Origin: Nanobdellota archaeon
Lineage (GTDB): Archaea; Nanobdellota; Nanobdellia; Nanobdellales; Nanobdellaceae
Direction of reading: 5' to 3'
Assembly: GCA_042850255.1 (NCBI GenBank)
Contig: AP031373.1
Coordinates: forward strand, 90,001-122,000
DNA length: 32,000 bases
The first letter of the stretch is position 1; each line of letters starts with the position of its first letter. The notes below the pieces were generated by a model. It did not search any database and was not told where the DNA came from. It saw nothing but the letters and a program-made list of their open reading frames with translations. The translations under genes and the position numbers were made by a program. Below, piece after piece: positions 24,464 through 32,000 of this stretch.

Positions 24464-25069
24464 ATGGCATATAATAAAAAATATGCTGATTGGAGTAGAA
24501 AGGTATGGTTGGAAATATTCGCTCCTTCACAAATATTTAATGAAATGAAGATAGGAGAGACACCCATAAATAAAGATAAAATTGAAAATGCTATAGGTAG
24601 AAATATAGATCTAAATCTAGCATTTTTATTGGGAAATTTTAAATACCAAAACTACAAGGTTATATTTAAAATAAATAAAATATCTGGATTAAAAGCATAT
24701 ACAGAAATAAAAGATATAATGCTATATCCAGCATATATAAGAAGATTGACAAAGAAAGGAACATCAAAGATTGAAGATTCATTTGTATTAAAAACAAATG
24801 ATGGATTCGAAGTTAGGATAAAACCTTTAGTAATAACAAGATTTAAGGCACATAGATCTCAAAAAACTGAAATAAGAAAAACTTATAGAAAATATTTGGA
24901 AGAAAAAGTGCCAACATTAAAATATTATGAATTAATAGAGAAAATCGTAAATTATGATTTACAAAATGAAATAAAACCAGTATTAAATAAAATATTCCCA
25001 GTTTCAAATGTAGAAATTAGAAGATTAACATTATTGACCCCAATAGTTCAAACAATAGAAAATAAATAA
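24464..25069 (+). CDS. rps3ae: 30S ribosomal protein S3Ae (eS1)
   Basis: 201-aa ORF. Contains WSRKVWLEIFAP, IGETP, IGRNIDLNLAFL, KAYTEI, YIRRLTKKGTSKIE and VRIKPLVIT, the characteristic eS1 pattern and length. Confidence 0.9.
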   Translation: MAYNKKYADWSRKVWLEIFAPSQIFNEMKIGETPINKDKIENAIGRNIDLNLAFLLGNFKYQNYKVIFKINKISGLKAYTEIKDIMLYPAYIRRLTKKGTSKIEDSFVLKTNDGFEVRIKPLVITRFKAHRSQKTEIRKTYRKYLEEKVPTLKYYELIEKIVNYDLQNEIKPVLNKIFPVSNVEIRRLTLLTPIVQTIENK

Positions 25070-26218
25070 TTATTTTTTTATTTCTATTAAAAATCCTTTT
25101 AAATAATCTAATTCTTTATGAGGAAATATAACTTTATGATCTAAAGCTTGATGAAATTTATATAATATTTCAAATTTTTTATTTTTTCTCCTAATTAAGG
25201 TCCTTAATATTGAATAAAATTTATCTTCTTTTAAGTCTTGAGAACATGAAAAGGTAATTAAGTATCCTTCATCTATTAAATCTAAAGCTATGGAATTAAT
25301 TAATATTGTACTTTTTAATCCTTTTTCATAATTTTCTGCCAATAAATCTGGAGGATCTAATATTATAATATCAAATTTTTTCTTTTCTAAATAAAAATTC
25401 TTAAGAATCCTAAAAGCATTACCATTTATTATTTTATATTTTTCTGTATTATTTAATTTAACATTTTTCTCTAGCATTTTTATAGCTTCCTTATTTTTTT
25501 CTATAAAGTATTTTTCCTCTCCATTTATAATTATACCAAAAGATCCTGTATATGAAAATGCGTCTAATATTCTATCTCCATATAATTGACTAACTATTTT
25601 TCTATTTTCCCTTTGATCTAAAAACCATCCAGTTTTTTGTCCAGATAATATATTTAAATAAAATTTTTTATTTAATTCTTCTATTATAGTTTCATAATTA
25701 TTTCCATATAAAAATCTTTCAATAGGTCTTAGATATGCTCTTTCTCTTTGTTTTCCCATACTTTTTTCATATATAGTTATATTATTTCCAAATATTTTTG
25801 TTAAAGCTTCTACTAATATATTTATATTTTTATCAAAAAAAGGATTTACATTTTGTATAATAAAAATATCATTATATTTATCTATTATTAATCCAGATAA
25901 AAAATCGGATTCTGAATATATTAACCTATAGTGATCTTTATAATTTATTATTTTTTCTCTATATTTTCTTGCATTCTTTATTTTTTCTTCTACTTCCTTA
26001 TTTATATCTAAATCTTCATTATAAGATAGTATTCTTATATAATGATAATCATCTTTAGGATTTATAATCCCCCATGCTAAAAATTCATTATTATAGATTA
26101 ATTTTACTAGAGATCCTAGCTCTGCATCTATTTTTTTAATCCAATTTATAGAAAAAACTTGTCTACCTTTTCTTATTTCTCTTCTTACCTTATCTCCAAC
26201 TTTTATTTCATACTGCAT
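25070..26218 (-). CDS. PUA-domain class I SAM-dependent RNA methyltransferase (RlmI/PH1915-like, probable m5C MTase)
   Basis: 382-aa ORF. After an N-terminal PUA-like region come GQKTGWFLDQRENR, LDAFSYTGSFG and IIILDPPD. Its stop codon directly abuts the rps3ae stop (25069/25070). Confidence 0.7.
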   Translation of the reverse strand: MQYEIKVGDKVRREIRKGRQVFSINWIKKIDAELGSLVKLIYNNEFLAWGIINPKDDYHYIRILSYNEDLDINKEVEEKIKNARKYREKIINYKDHYRLIYSESDFLSGLIIDKYNDIFIIQNVNPFFDKNINILVEALTKIFGNNITIYEKSMGKQRERAYLRPIERFLYGNNYETIIEELNKKFYLNILSGQKTGWFLDQRENRKIVSQLYGDRILDAFSYTGSFGIIINGEEKYFIEKNKEAIKMLEKNVKLNNTEKYKIINGNAFRILKNFYLEKKKFDIIILDPPDLLAENYEKGLKSTILINSIALDLIDEGYLITFSCSQDLKEDKFYSILRTLIRRKNKKFEILYKFHQALDHKVIFPHKELDYLKGFLIEIKK

Positions 26219-27539
26219 ATTCTACCGATAAAATTAGATAATAAAATGCAGGATCTGTTTGATTCATCTCAAATAAATCTTTTCCAAATTGTAAATAATT
26301 ATATGATGTTATAGAGAATCCATATTTATTATAATAATAATAATCTAATTCTTCTATAGATTTTACTGCATTTTCATTCATGTAATTAGTATCATTTCCC
26401 AAATATAAATAATATAAATTAGCTAAAAATTGTATTTTATCAAAACAGGACAAATTAGTTGGTAGTTGATATTGATATATGTATTGCAATAATGTATATT
26501 CTTGATTTACTAAATTACATTCATTAAGTCTATTTATATCAAATGTAATTGGTAAAAACTCTGCCCATCCTACTGCAGAATAATATCTCCAATATGATTC
26601 TTGCAAATTATTTAATGTTGAATTAGCATCCTCTAATCTTTGTATTACTTGATATTTTATCTCTTCACATTCATAATTTCCTAAACATTGATAATTATTT
26701 ATTTCATCATAAAAATTATTAATATCATTTTCTAATTGTTGTTCCGTAATATTTGGATAAAATTCTGGATTAGTAACTTTTTGTTCAAAGCATAAACTTG
26801 TCGCAGTATAGTAATCTCCTTTTGATATATAATAATTAACAGTTTGATTATTTATTCCCTGACATATTTGATCTGTTATATTTTCCATTACAGAAACATA
26901 TTGTTCTGGAGGATAATAGGTAGTATTAAATGCTTGATTGAAATATATTTTTTCTAAATCTAATATAGTATATGCTTGAATTATATGAGAATTATTATAT
27001 ACAGGAGCTACCAAATATGGAAAATATTGTAATGTAGCACTTAATTTATATCTAATACCAGCAACTGGTGCTATAATACCATTAGGTAACATAAATCCTG
27101 TAATTGGATAATTAACAACAGGCGTCTTATTTGTTAAAGCTTCTAATATTAATAAAGTTAAACCTGCCGTACCTGAAAAACCTTCTGCAAATAATACATC
27201 ATTAGAACTAAAATAATAATCATAATTATTACATATATTTTGATACAAATTGCATACTGCATCCTTTGCAAATAAATAAGCTAGGTTGTAACTATTATAA
27301 AATATAGGAGGAATGGAGGCATAAACTTTACCGGTACCTGGAGATACTCTTAAAAAGAATTGTGTAATTTCTCCCCCAACTATTTTCCCAGATTCATTCA
27401 ATACTGCTGGGATATATACAGAATACTCTCCTGACACTCCCGAATATTTATAATTTGCTCCTATTATTAAAAATAGAATTAATACAGATAATATTAACAA
27501 AAGAACTACTATTGTATATGATAAATACTTATTATTCAT
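26208..27539 (-). CDS. Membrane-anchored protein: N-terminal Lon-protease-C-terminal-like (S16) domain followed by a Cys- and sequon-rich region
   Basis: 443-aa ORF with a TM anchor (YTIVVLLLILSVLILFLIIG). GGEITQFFLRVSPGTGKVYASI ... AEGFSGTAGLTLLILEALTNKTPVVNYPITGFMLPNGIIAPVAGIRYKLSAT aligns by eye with the Lon_C pattern (GG.l..iE...G.G.l..TG ... DGPSAG.....al.Sal...pv....amTGei.l.G.v.pvGG...K..AA). About 11 N-x-S/T sequons. Confidence 0.5.
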   Translation of the reverse strand: MNNKYLSYTIVVLLLILSVLILFLIIGANYKYSGVSGEYSVYIPAVLNESGKIVGGEITQFFLRVSPGTGKVYASIPPIFYNSYNLAYLFAKDAVCNLYQNICNNYDYYFSSNDVLFAEGFSGTAGLTLLILEALTNKTPVVNYPITGFMLPNGIIAPVAGIRYKLSATLQYFPYLVAPVYNNSHIIQAYTILDLEKIYFNQAFNTTYYPPEQYVSVMENITDQICQGINNQTVNYYISKGDYYTATSLCFEQKVTNPEFYPNITEQQLENDINNFYDEINNYQCLGNYECEEIKYQVIQRLEDANSTLNNLQESYWRYYSAVGWAEFLPITFDINRLNECNLVNQEYTLLQYIYQYQLPTNLSCFDKIQFLANLYYLYLGNDTNYMNENAVKSIEELDYYYYNKYGFSITSYNYLQFGKDLFEMNQTDPAFYYLILSVEYAV

Positions 27540-27540
27540 T

Positions 27541-28416
27541 TTATCCTTTATATTGAAAATCTTTATAAATATTTAATTTTTCTACACGATTCGATAATAA
27601 TCTCTTTATATCTTCTTCTTTTTGTTTATCTAATTCATTACTTATTACTACTTTTCCAAATATATAATATTTTTTGCTATTATTTCCGATAATATAATTA
27701 TTATATTCCATTATCTTAAATTCTATGTTATCTTTTATTGATTTATATATAGAATCTTTATTTTTTCTTATATAATTCCCTATTTTTAATTTTTCCATTA
27801 TTTCATATTTTTCTTCATCTGGCAATATAATATAATCTTCAACAGTATACCTTATTTTATTTATACCTATTATTTTTTCCTGTATTATTTGATTTAAGAT
27901 ATACGAATAAGATAAACTCTGATTTTTCTTTATTTTTAATTTACTTTCTAAATTTTCTTTATCTAAAAACAAATAATTTAACTTAATTTCAATATTATTT
28001 TCTAAATTAATAACCGTAGTAGTTACTTCTCTTACATACAATGTATTTTTTCTAACTTCCAATATATCGGGTGTTGCAGAGATTATTATGCTAAACTTGT
28101 TTTCTGGCCTTTCGTTGAATTCATATAACATCTTTATATTAATTATGTTATTCTCCCTTTCCTCATTTTTTATTATATTGTTATGTAATGATCTAGCAAC
28201 ATTAGTAAATTCATTTTCTGGATTTCTTTTTTGATATAATAAATACGATAATGATATAACAATATTAGAATCTCTTTTTTCACATATATTTTTATTATTT
28301 TCTTCTATAATATCTACAAGTTCTTTTAATCTTATATCTTTATTCGATAATCTATCCTTAGAATAAGGTTTATATGATGAGCAGTATTTTTGTAATTCTG
28401 AGCTTGATTGGTACAT
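27541..28416 (-). CDS. Hypothetical protein with a Cas4/RecB-like PD-(D/E)XK motif series (ExK changed to ExT, no C-terminal Cys cluster)
   Basis: 291-aa ORF. Motifs occur in Cas4 order: SELQKYC (N-terminal Cys), SLHNN (His), SATPDILEVRKNTLYVREVTTT (D...ExT) and NQSLSY (QxxxY). Confidence that this is a gene is about 0.5; confidence in the fold assignment is lower (~0.3). Confidence 0.45.
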   Translation of the reverse strand: MYQSSSELQKYCSSYKPYSKDRLSNKDIRLKELVDIIEENNKNICEKRDSNIVISLSYLLYQKRNPENEFTNVARSLHNNIIKNEERENNIINIKMLYEFNERPENKFSIIISATPDILEVRKNTLYVREVTTTVINLENNIEIKLNYLFLDKENLESKLKIKKNQSLSYSYILNQIIQEKIIGINKIRYTVEDYIILPDEEKYEIMEKLKIGNYIRKNKDSIYKSIKDNIEFKIMEYNNYIIGNNSKKYYIFGKVVISNELDKQKEEDIKRLLSNRVEKLNIYKDFQYKG

Positions 28417-28449
28417 ATTACCTTTTTGTCACTAAATAATAAAAATCTA

Positions 28450-28533
28450 CGCCGCGGGTGGGATTTGAACCCACGCCCCCTTTCGGGGAATGGATTAGCA
28501 ATCCATCCCCTTGGGCCCCTCGGGCACCGCGGC
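28450..28533 (-). tRNA. tRNA-Ser (anticodon GCU), class II with long variable arm
   Basis: Minus strand: GCCGCGG-TG-CCCGAGGGGCCCAAGGGG..ATGGA-TTGCTAA-TCCAT-TCCCCGAAAGGGGGC-GTGGG-TTCAAAT-CCCAC-CCGCGGC-G. No intron and no encoded CCA. A TATA-like TTTTATAT lies at -29..-22 (28555..28562), inside the upstream CDS. Confidence 0.95.
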
Positions 28534-28911
28534 TTATTTTTCATACACTATATTATATAAAACATGATTATATGGATATAAAAGTTGTATGTATGAAACA
28601 TTTGTTAAATTTATATTATTAACTATACATATTGTGGACTGATTTTGATATATTATTTTATCTTTACAATCTAAGTAATATATATTTCCACTAACATTCA
28701 AAAATAATTTTGAAGTATTTATATAAGGTAATTGTAAATCATTTATATTTATTTGAATGCTACTATTACTAAAATTTACGGTATAGTTATATGGATCTGG
28801 GTAAAATGTTATATTTATTGGCTTATGATTATATAAATATAATATAGAATATACTAGAAAAAATACAACAACGAATATAATAACAGATATTAATATATCT
28901 CTTTTGTTCAT
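28534..28911 (-). CDS. Small N-terminally anchored protein with a very sequon-dense ectodomain (putative surface glycoprotein)
   Basis: 125-aa ORF with a TM anchor (ILISVIIFVVVFFLVYSILYLY). Nine N-x-S/T sequons fall in about 95 residues (NIT, NYT, NFS, NSS, NTS, NVS, NQS, NLT, NVS), plus 2 Cys. Its stop codon abuts the tRNA-Ser 5' end. Confidence 0.5.
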   Translation of the reverse strand: MNKRDILISVIIFVVVFFLVYSILYLYNHKPINITFYPDPYNYTVNFSNSSIQININDLQLPYINTSKLFLNVSGNIYYLDCKDKIIYQNQSTICIVNNINLTNVSYIQLLYPYNHVLYNIVYEK

Positions 28912-28950
28912 TCTACATTATTTAAAAATTTGTTTTATAAATTTATAATT

Positions 28951-29157
28951 ATGAAAAAAATAAAGGTATTTATTGAAAGATATAATTCTGAAAATGAAAT
29001 AGAATTTAATGGAAAGAACATAAAGGAATTATTAAATATGTTAAATCTTCAATCTTCTAGATTTATTGTTGTAAAAAATGGAGAAATTGTAACCGAAGAT
29101 GATGAAGTAAATGAGGGAGACTATATAAAAATATTAGATTCTGTATCTGGTGGATAG
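28951..29157 (+). CDS. ThiS/MoaD/SAMP-type ubiquitin-like beta-grasp protein with a C-terminal Gly-Gly
   Basis: I prefer the ATG at 28951 (68 aa) to the TTG at 28930 in the track. MKKIKVFIE...GKNIKELLNMLNL...VVKNGEIVTEDDEVNEGDYIKILDSVSGG* matches the ThiS/MoaD pattern (vNge.v....l.dgD.i.i...vsGG-stop). Confidence 0.65.
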   Translation: MKKIKVFIERYNSENEIEFNGKNIKELLNMLNLQSSRFIVVKNGEIVTEDDEVNEGDYIKILDSVSGG

Positions 29158-29198
29158 ATTATTAAATTTATATATTTTAAAATACTAAGTTTTATTTT

Positions 29199-30116
29199 AT
29201 GTACGATCCATATTTTGTAGACTATTATTCAATAATTAAAAAATTTGAAGATTTAGAAGAATTAAACTATGAAAAAATATTAATATCTGGAATGGGGGCT
29301 TCTGGAGTAAATGGAGATTATATAAAAAATATTTTAGATAATAAAGAAATAGTAGTTTGTAAAGATTATTTTTTGCCAAAGTTTATAAATAAAGATTGGT
29401 TAACGATATTTGTCTCATATTCTGGAGATACTGAAGAAACTTTAAGTTGTATGAATGAAGCAATAGGTAATGGAAATAAAATAGTGGCAATATCTGCAGG
29501 AGGTGAAATGGAAAAAATTGCAAGAGAAAAAAATTTATATTATGTAAAATTTGAGAAAAGTTTTCCAGCAACAAGATATACATTTCCAATAATTCTAGGG
29601 ATAATATTATCTATAATAGATAAGAAAAAATATTATGAACTATTAGATATTTTAAAAGATTATAAAGAAAGAATAAAGGATTTGTCAATATTCTCGAATG
29701 ATATAAAAAATCCAATAATGATTTATACAGATATAAAACATGAACCAGTTGCAATTAGTTTAAAAACACATTTAAATGAAGATGATAAATGGTTTACACA
29801 ATATGGTATATTATCAGAATATAATCATCATGATTTAGAAGGAATTGGAAAATTGAATATAGATTTTATTTTATTAAAATTCAATTATTATCAGAGAATT
29901 GAATATAGAATTAATTATCTAAAAGATTTGCTAGAAAGTTATGGTAACAATGTTTTAATATTTGATTTAAGATACAGGAATTTATTAGAAGAGTTAGTAT
30001 TGGGTACTTTATCCATAAGAACATTTACATTAAAATTAGCAGAGAGATTAAATGTAAATCCATATGAAAGTAAAAATATTGTTGGATTAAAAGCATTTTT
30101 AAAGAATATTATATGA
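29199..30116 (+). CDS. SIS-domain bifunctional phosphoglucose/phosphomannose isomerase (crenarchaeal PGI/PMI type)
   Basis: 305-aa ORF. Contains ILISGMGASGVNGDYI and FVSYSGDTEETLSCMNEAIGNGNKIVAISAGGEM. Size (~300 aa) and the SYSGnTeET / GG block match the PGI/PMI family. Confidence 0.65.
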   Translation: MYDPYFVDYYSIIKKFEDLEELNYEKILISGMGASGVNGDYIKNILDNKEIVVCKDYFLPKFINKDWLTIFVSYSGDTEETLSCMNEAIGNGNKIVAISAGGEMEKIAREKNLYYVKFEKSFPATRYTFPIILGIILSIIDKKKYYELLDILKDYKERIKDLSIFSNDIKNPIMIYTDIKHEPVAISLKTHLNEDDKWFTQYGILSEYNHHDLEGIGKLNIDFILLKFNYYQRIEYRINYLKDLLESYGNNVLIFDLRYRNLLEELVLGTLSIRTFTLKLAERLNVNPYESKNIVGLKAFLKNII

Positions 30117-30550
30117 TAAATTTAGAAAAATTAGAAAGAGAAGGAAAAATTGAAATATTAGAATTTAAAAATGATGTATCTACATCAGAAAAATCTGCAA
30201 AGGAATCTGGATACCCAATAGAGAAAATTACTAAAAGTATATTAGTTATTGCAAATAACATACCTATATTAGTAATAATACAAGGAGATAAAAGAATAAA
30301 TATAGAAAAATTATCAAAATATTTAAATACAGAAGTTAGATTGGCAAAGGCAAGAGAAGTAGAAAGATATACTGGATTTAAAATTGGAGGAGTTTGTCCA
30401 TTATTAGTTAATACTAAAAAAGTATTAGATAAAAATATATTAAATTTAGATGAAGTATTAATTGGTGGAGGAGATACTCATAAATTAATTAAAATAAAAG
30501 TAAAAGATTTAATAGAATTAACAAATCCTGAAATAATAGATATAACATAA
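30113..30550 (+). CDS. YbaK/ProX-type aminoacyl-tRNA deacylase (trans-editing domain)
   Basis: 145-aa ORF. Contains KSILVIANN.PILVIIQGDKRINIEKLSKYL, TGFKIGGVCPL and LIGGGD. Its start overlaps the PGI/PMI stop as ATGA. Confidence 0.7.
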   Translation: MINLEKLEREGKIEILEFKNDVSTSEKSAKESGYPIEKITKSILVIANNIPILVIIQGDKRINIEKLSKYLNTEVRLAKAREVERYTGFKIGGVCPLLVNTKKVLDKNILNLDEVLIGGGDTHKLIKIKVKDLIELTNPEIIDIT

Positions 30551-30583
30551 TTATTTTTAAATAATAAAAACAAAATAATAATT

Positions 30584-30844
30584 ATGGTAAAAGTTATAAA
30601 AAGATCTGGAAAAGAAGAAGAATATTTATCGGATAAAATATATAATTCTTTAATAAACAATAGCGTATTTAAGAAAATTGGAAATCAAATTGTGAAAAAA
30701 ATTGATGAAAAAGTAAAAAATATGAAAAAGGTATCCACTAAGGAAATAAGAGAATATATTTTAAACAGATTACAACAGATAAAACCTGAAATTATAATAA
30801 ATGGCAATCTTATAAAAAGATACCTAAGGAAAAACCAATGTTAA
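30584..30844 (+). CDS. Stand-alone ATP-cone domain protein
   Basis: 86-aa ORF. MVKVIKRSGKEEEYLSDKIYNSL...VSTKEIREYILNRL matches the ATP-cone consensus (ViKRdG..e.F...Ki..si...vs..eIqd.ve..L). Confidence 0.6.
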   Translation: MVKVIKRSGKEEEYLSDKIYNSLINNSVFKKIGNQIVKKIDEKVKNMKKVSTKEIREYILNRLQQIKPEIIINGNLIKRYLRKNQC

Positions 30845-31629
30845 AATTAAAAACAAAAGATAAAGAACAAATAGTAAATAAAATTAAGTCCGATACAGCC
30901 AAATTATTAATTCCATTGATCCTATTGATATTTCAAAATTTTATTGCTTCACTAGTTACTTTTTATACAATTAGTTATAATAATATAATTATCAATAACA
31001 ATAATAATATTTTACCAAATTCTGCACAAAATATAATTATTAGAGAGTCTCCGAGTACTTATATAAATGTCGGTAACATTATACTAGCTAACTTAGGTCT
31101 ACTTTCTATTTCTTTAATTTTTATAATGATTATATTTTCTGCTCTTTTTGAATGGTTTTATAGCTGGAATGAAAGTTTTAAGATACTTAGATCAGCGGGA
31201 TATGATGTTAAGAAAGGAAGATTGGGTTTTATATTAGTTTTAATAGGTATGCTAATTATAGTATCTACACTTGGATTATTAATGATCCATACTCAATCTA
31301 ATTATACTTATATTAATTTATCTTTATCATTTCGTTATTTAATATCAATTTCTCCAATCTTACAATATTTTTATATAGGAGATATTTTAACCCCAATGTT
31401 AATTGGAATTATACTTTCTACAATTGGAGAAATAATTTCATACAGCATGATTAAAAAATTATTTAAAAATAAATTAGTAAGAACAGGATCTATATTAAGT
31501 ATCATAGGATTTATAATAACCATCTTTGTCTCAATTCCTGGATTCATACTTATATTTATTGCTTCGGTTTTAATTTATACAGGGTTAAGAAAGGTAGAAA
31601 CTAAATTAAAAAGAAAAGTTCAAACATAA
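30838..31629 (+). CDS. Polytopic membrane protein (about 5-6 TM), unknown function, translationally coupled to the ATP-cone gene
   Basis: 263-aa ORF. Its start overlaps the ATP-cone gene end by 7 nt. It has multiple long hydrophobic segments and a poly-Asn loop (IIINNNNNILP). Confidence 0.5.
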   Translation: MLKLKTKDKEQIVNKIKSDTAKLLIPLILLIFQNFIASLVTFYTISYNNIIINNNNNILPNSAQNIIIRESPSTYINVGNIILANLGLLSISLIFIMIIFSALFEWFYSWNESFKILRSAGYDVKKGRLGFILVLIGMLIIVSTLGLLMIHTQSNYTYINLSLSFRYLISISPILQYFYIGDILTPMLIGIILSTIGEIISYSMIKKLFKNKLVRTGSILSIIGFIITIFVSIPGFILIFIASVLIYTGLRKVETKLKRKVQT

Positions 31630-31712
31630 TTTTCATAAATCATTATATTTTTATTTAGTTATATTATTTACCTTCTATTAGCTTTATATAATAATTTATA
31701 CAAACAATTATT

Positions 31713-32000
31713 ATGAAAAATAAAATAATTATTTTTACAACAATATTATCAACAATAGGACCTGCAATATTGGCAACTACCCATCTATCTATATATATAA
31801 CATTGCCATCATTTTTACTAGCATTAATAATATCCTATTTAACTTATTTATTAGTAAATTATAAAGGGGATTATACAGGATTATATGGATATTCAAAAGA
31901 TTTCCATCCTTTAGTAGGTTATATATTTTTAATTAGCTGGTTAGTTAGTTATTATTTATATACAATCTATACAGCAATTTATATTCCATATTATTTATTA
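31713..32000 (+). CDS. Membrane protein, N-terminal fragment (possibly a permease); continues beyond the window
   Basis: My translation from the ATG at 31713 gives MKNKIIIFTTILSTIGPAILATTHLSIYITLPSFLLALIISYLTYLLVNYKGDYTGLYGYSKDFHPLVGYIFLISWLVSYYLYTIYTAIYIPYYLL, open to the window end. The G.YGY...f.p..G....W pattern loosely resembles an APC-type transporter N-terminus. Confidence 0.4.
   Translation, partial: MKNKIIIFTTILSTIGPAILATTHLSIYITLPSFLLALIISYLTYLLVNYKGDYTGLYGYSKDFHPLVGYIFLISWLVSYYLYTIYTAIYIPYYLL

Noticed and set aside
28332-28544. 70-aa ORF (MKNKPRCPRGPRGWIANPFPERGRGFKSHPRRRF...) in the track
   Set aside because: It is a read-through of the tRNA-Ser gene (28450..28533) on the same strand. 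The Arg/Pro/Gly-rich stretch is simply the GC-rich tRNA translated, so it is a spurious ORF.
28930-28950. TTG start giving a 75-aa version (MFYKFII-MKKIKVF...) of the ubiquitin-like protein
   Set aside because: The ATG at 28951 gives a ThiS/MoaD-length 68-aa product. It also leaves room for a promoter in the 39-bp divergent gap. The TTG extension adds only hydrophobic residues.
1-32000. Looked for CRISPR repeats, IS/transposase or integrase genes, split tRNA halves, tRNA introns and rRNA
   Set aside because: I found no regularly spaced direct repeats, no recombinase-like ORFs and no orphan GC-rich half-tRNA-like segments. The three tRNAs are contiguous and intron-less, and there is no rRNA-like GC-rich stretch.

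Overview
Extremely AT-rich (by eye about three quarters A+T, not computed) and very gene-dense archaeal chromosomal segment. I count about 38 protein-coding genes, 3 tRNAs and 2 C/D box sRNAs. The tRNAs are Val-UAC, Gly-GCC and Ser-GCU; all are intron-less, lack an encoded CCA and have almost all-GC stems. I found the sRNAs by eye in short intergenic gaps. I saw no rRNA, CRISPR array, transposase or integrase. Recognisable content falls into five groups. (1) Information processing: RFC small subunit (partial), Rpo3/RpoD, ribosomal protein S3Ae/eS1, ValRS, LeuRS, RNase Z, a YbaK/ProX-type deacylase, Mtq2/HemK-like and RlmI-like methyltransferases, ExoIII and TatD. (2) Carbon metabolism: GAPN, short archaeal TIM and a bifunctional PGI/PMI-type isomerase. 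(3) Redox: thioredoxin reductase, a protein disulfide oxidoreductase and a DUF59 protein. (4) Envelope: a P-type ATPase, a QxxRW-type GT2 synthase and several sequon-rich membrane proteins. (5) A small accessory patch: an AAA_14/DUF4143 ATPase, a HEPN protein and an apparent truncated nucleotidyltransferase partner. GC-rich structural RNAs in an AT-rich background, a PDO/TrxR pair, GAPN, scattered (non-operonic) rpoD and rps3ae, and overlapping or abutting genes all suggest a thermophilic, genome-reduced DPANN/Nanoarchaeota-like archaeon. That assignment is inference only. Most worth a second look: the two C/D sRNAs, each overlapping a neighbouring stop codon; tRNA genes embedded with 0-4 nt spacing next to protein genes; a minus-strand block (25070..28911) combining a glycoprotein-like anchor protein, tRNA-Ser, a Cas4-like PD-(D/E)XK protein with ExK changed to ExT, and a membrane-anchored Lon-protease-like ectodomain protein; a Q/N/FG-rich prion-like protein; a diglycine ubiquitin-like protein; and an ATP-cone/membrane protein pair. 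I cannot name one clear novel system with confidence.
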